Assembly: GCA_963699755.1 (NCBI GenBank)
Contig: CAVOVB010000003.1
Span: 384,001 to 448,000 of the forward strand
From: an uncultured delta proteobacterium
GTDB lineage: Bacteria; Myxococcota_A; Polyangia; Polyangiales; Houyiibacteriaceae
Direction of reading: 5' to 3'
DNA length: 64,000 nucleotides
Shown: in pieces, positions 62,201-64,000 of the stretch
How the letters are laid out: the number at the start of each line of letters is the position of its first letter
Position numbering within the stretch: the stretch's first letter is position 1
Made by a program: the position numbers and the translations under genes
Notes under the pieces: model-generated
The model's input: only the letters and a program-made list of their open reading frames with translations
The model's database searches: none
Told to the model about the DNA's origin: nothing

Positions 62201-64000
62201 ATTCCGCAATCGAGGCACTGGACCGCGCGCTTGGCGAAGCGGACCATCCCCTGGCCTATGAAGGACTCGAGCGCCTCTATCGCCGAACCCAGCGATGGGA
62301 CGATTTGGCCGCTCTCTACGAGCGAGAAATCGATCAGCGGATCGGCGACCCAGCCGCGGCCCGATACGAGCTCGGGGAGCTCTGCATGCAGCGCCTTGGG
62401 GAGCCCTTGCGCGCCTTTGACCAATTCCGCGAGGCCCTGAGACAGAACCCAGAGCACGAGCCCACCGTGCGCGCGCTCGAGCGTTTGGTCGGAGAGCCTG
62501 AGCATCGCGGGGCGGCCGCGGAGCTGCTCGAACCACTGTACCTGCGCCGAATGGACTGGCCCAAGGTGACCCAGATTCTCGAAGTCCGCCTCGACGTGGA
62601 AGAGAACCCGACCCAACGGCTCGAGCTCCTGCGCCACCTCGGCGACGTGCAGGAGTCCCATCTCGAAGACCTCGACGGGGCCCTCGAAACCTATGGCCGG
62701 CTCTTTGCTGAAGACCCGCACGATGCACACAGCCAGGAGACCCTCACTCGCTTGGCGCGTTCGCTCGGGCGCTGGGATCGACTGGCCGCGATTTTCGACG
62801 AAAGTCTTCGCAATGTCGAAGTCGACGACGCGGACACCGCGGCGCTCGCGTTCACGACGGCCAAGCTCTACGACGAGCGCTTGGTGGACCTCGACCGCGC
62901 AGGTTACTTCTACCAGCGCGCGCTCACGTACGACCCGAGCAACAAGGAAGCGGGCAAGGCGCTGGCTTCGGTCTATACGCGGAGCCGCCGATGGGAAGCG
63001 CTTCTCGAATTGGACCGCGAGCGCGAGAGCTTTGCCGAGAACGACCAGGAGCGGATCACCATCCTGCACGAAATCGCGCGCACCGAAGTCGATGAGCTCG
63101 AGGCTCCGCAGGACGGCATCATCACCTACCGGAGGATCGTCGAGATCGATCCGGCCAATGCCCAGGCGGTGACCCGCCTCGACCAGCTTCTCGAAAGGGA
63201 AGAGCGATGGGAAGAGCTCGCCGCTCACATCGAGTTCCAAATCGGGAGCTCCACTGATGCGCGCATAGGCCTCGAGCTTCGGCAGCGCCTAGGCTCGATC
63301 ACCGAAACCAAGCTCGGCAACCCGGCGGGCGCCCTCGACATCTTCGAAGACGTGCTAGCCGACCGGGTCACTTACGAGCCAGCGCTTGAGGCTGTATCGC
63401 GCTTCGTCGAGGACGAGGAGCACGGGCCGCGGGCAGTCCAGATTCTCGAGCCGATCCATCGGCAGAGCGGCAACTGGCAGGCGCTGGTCGGCGTCCTCGA
63501 TGCGAAGGCGCGTCAGGCAGAGGACCCCTTCGAGCAAGCCGCCACCTGGCGCGAGGTGGGCCGCCTGCACGAGGGGCTGGGCGGCAATGCAGCGAAGGCC
63601 TTCGACGCCTGGGCCAAGGCCCTGGTTTCCGAGCCGGCCGATGAGGAGACGCGCGCCGAGGTCGATCGCCTGGCCGAGGCGCTCGAGAGCTGGGAGGCGT
63701 ATATCGAGACCTGCGAGCGGGCTGCCCTGGGCGCGGAAGAGCCCTCGCTTCGAGGCTCCTTTCTAAGGAGCATCGCCGAGACGCAAGACCGTGAGCTCGG
63801 GGATCCCAGAGCTGCGATCAAGACTTACCGCCGGACTCTCGAAGCGGATCCCGATGCAGAACAAGCCCTCGATGACTTGGAAGGGCTTCAAGTCATGGTC
63901 GGCGATTGGCCAGGCCTTTCATGGGTTTACGAGCAGAAGCTCGAACGCGCAAGCGAGCCTGAAACGCGCGCAGCGCTTCTATGCCAGCTCGGTAGCCTCT
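56266..64000 (+). CDS. Giant TPR protein, AgmK/GltI-like, partial (>2570 aa; not in ORF track; alternative start 56212)
   Basis: Frame is open to the window end (MTEQTLAKYLGRLWKDP...ETRAALLCQLGSL). Recurrent motif A..AL.RLY....RW..L...L followed by L..LG..Y...L.D...A. Confidence 0.85.
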   Translation, partial: MTEQTLAKYLGRLWKDPYDTDLIEGLRELLKSPLPANDDQDPLRLLEAARGGHERRGEFLAASWLMELETELVSDDPDFQKVLVKELGRVRRDELMDDRGALVAFEKLGGLQSDDPEVAQAVDQIQQVEEKWAEVARRFIEEARDAADRRLKTSLLSRAASLMWQYGGDAAVEEADLIFDEALAADPSHMPTARQYALSLRARGRWDDVVSVFIRAAKAARTREEKASAWLQAARVLRSPLDETERAADAYRKVLKLSPTDEEALGALVEHYTEIEAWDELAEMYESALRSRQKLEAEKGMLLQLAMVHWRCREDPESAEPFFARLRKIDAAHPGMLDFYRGQIGDEDPKGRFLTILGDALRTTTEQKQQLALARELGHRAQLADRPERALEAWKLVERLAPDDVDARAALQQLYQHSGKWNALSESIRGEIEALSVEAKEEKLRLFRDLIPIYRDALQLDSMLIQVYGEILSLSPSDAEALSALAKLYEDTGRWNELIQILDRQAEVAEDSAAKVALYMRIAGLWLERFGNLKQATRPLERVLRLQPAHDDAIAQLKDIYTKKRNWEALLGILGREAELAADPAERLEKKTEMAQLCTERLHQNATAITLWKEILDEAADPAQALDALEKLAEREKDWETLATVVQIRAEGASGDSEQLEHLHRLGTLFMERLERPADAISIWERVLELEPDNSRVRRMLKDAYLTQGDWESLEGLFQETEDWTGFAELLGQTAERAEEPESIVQLSLRAAELYEDRVGDLHRAARYYERALSTDPTNLQAATGLVPIYEKEHNWPDYAKSLEVVVSATDKSEGLDVRLQRLLSLRSVHLNHLRDPEASLGWATRAYLLAPSDPSVVAGLEESAEASGAYADLVALFRDRLDTASVSDAERLDLQRRIASIAGERLGESEESIRQLEAILEVVPDDAEAMAVLDRLYRAERRFADLRALYERRLKNVADPSELWVLLNEVAQVEEEKLGDLPAAAERHWNILENNPHDVDALRAVERLSQQLKQWDRLDAALTRRLQSKVGDEDRLSIYLQLADLRRIYLDDAVGALECYRNALALDGRNEVAIGGLEVLSAEGGNLGAEAIDLLEPAYAKRGHFAKLAGLLRARLERSKDAEERRKLKLRLADLSTSELDDASGAYDALESVFIDNADDLALLDRLSGVAEASAQQEALAKALVLVLDAGEVRGDVELTICRRAADLYDVALGAPEEGARFHRRILEAEPDDAAAFAALKQVYTKHEQWNELRALYQGRIEASTDAAGRLDLLLQLCFLFEEILDEPEHAISSYEQALELDPTHTPSRRALQRLYGRLGRWPELAELLRRDLDEATGQEAVDLAYELGTIYETRLARPVDAVDHFELVLESSPTHLRAQEALERLMSHPDQRQRAASILQPIFESQGAWGELSKVFEVQLEDLSDPTTRAAQLVRIGELSETKLRDDELAFDAYARAVREDVADGAARSDLARLASKLRRHRQRAELLEAGLASVSEDFVKVELLLELAELWDVSEPEPEQAERTYRQLIEMERDNPEIVLKASRALERLHAASEDHAALAQDLRLQLQFEEEPARRDELYPKLAELLETSLDDPDAAISVHQARLENDPTQADALTALERLYEQQARWEPLVEVLERRSELSDDEEEQLSLARRVGEVYEKRLGSVEKAIRAHRDVVSRFGSDEASLAALTRLYKQTERWQELLEITEMRAEDSDVAEQRTAFKFEAAELMRKQTAEVERAFEIYREILESVPGHSPSVAALEELAAGSDERLGVAAATRLLEQYQTDGRHADQIRMLEIVAAGDEPSERARALLRAAEISEGGTQDIDAAFEFTGRALREGVDLDDIERVLGDYERHAESTGRFSELTVTLAKVAAELLDADLRSRLRMRAAKIAEERLGDADFARAQYQRVLEEQPDHRGALDSLLALVENAGAIDDLVDLLRRKAELCEDHEERAALLVRQAHLYQSELHDPDSAIEALDRALGEADHPLAYEGLERLYRRTQRWDDLAALYEREIDQRIGDPAAARYELGELCMQRLGEPLRAFDQFREALRQNPEHEPTVRALERLVGEPEHRGAAAELLEPLYLRRMDWPKVTQILEVRLDVEENPTQRLELLRHLGDVQESHLEDLDGALETYGRLFAEDPHDAHSQETLTRLARSLGRWDRLAAIFDESLRNVEVDDADTAALAFTTAKLYDERLVDLDRAGYFYQRALTYDPSNKEAGKALASVYTRSRRWEALLELDRERESFAENDQERITILHEIARTEVDELEAPQDGIITYRRIVEIDPANAQAVTRLDQLLEREERWEELAAHIEFQIGSSTDARIGLELRQRLGSITETKLGNPAGALDIFEDVLADRVTYEPALEAVSRFVEDEEHGPRAVQILEPIHRQSGNWQALVGVLDAKARQAEDPFEQAATWREVGRLHEGLGGNAAKAFDAWAKALVSEPADEETRAEVDRLAEALESWEAYIETCERAALGAEEPSLRGSFLRSIAETQDRELGDPRAAIKTYRRTLEADPDAEQALDDLEGLQVMVGDWPGLSWVYEQKLERASEPETRAALLCQLGSL

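Overview
High-GC, gene-dense bacterial chromosome segment, most likely Myxococcota. This is an inference from a giant AgmK/GltI-like TPR gene, a REC-DUF4388-TM-PEGA protein, a (GGT)n linker and an orphan TonB-C protein. The window is mostly housekeeping: purMN, glnD, rlmE, rplC, tatD, metG, holB, mazG, epmA-efp, xerD, sucCD-mdh-ndk-dapD, rlmN, queG, obgE, hisS, yceD-rpmF-fabG-acpP-fabF-rpiB and an HMG-CoA lyase gene. I saw no rRNA, tRNA, CRISPR array, prophage or IS transposase. The ORF track omits two real genes that run off the edges (1..759 minus; 56266..>64000 plus) and truncates rlmE. The most notable observations are: (1) a GlnD whose uridylyl-removing HD domain has lost its metal ligands; (2) rplC outside the S10 operon, with its own promoter and abutting an in-frame, CTG-starting rlmE; (3) about a dozen promoters placed for leaderless or near-leaderless mRNAs, plus three candidate non-canonical start codons; (4) a secreted beta-helix protein carrying two CxxCH motifs behind a sigma54-like promoter; (5) a 4-TM/4-His candidate di-heme cytochrome b; and (6) several other degenerate-active-site proteins. 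All family calls come from motif recognition by eye; no searches were run.
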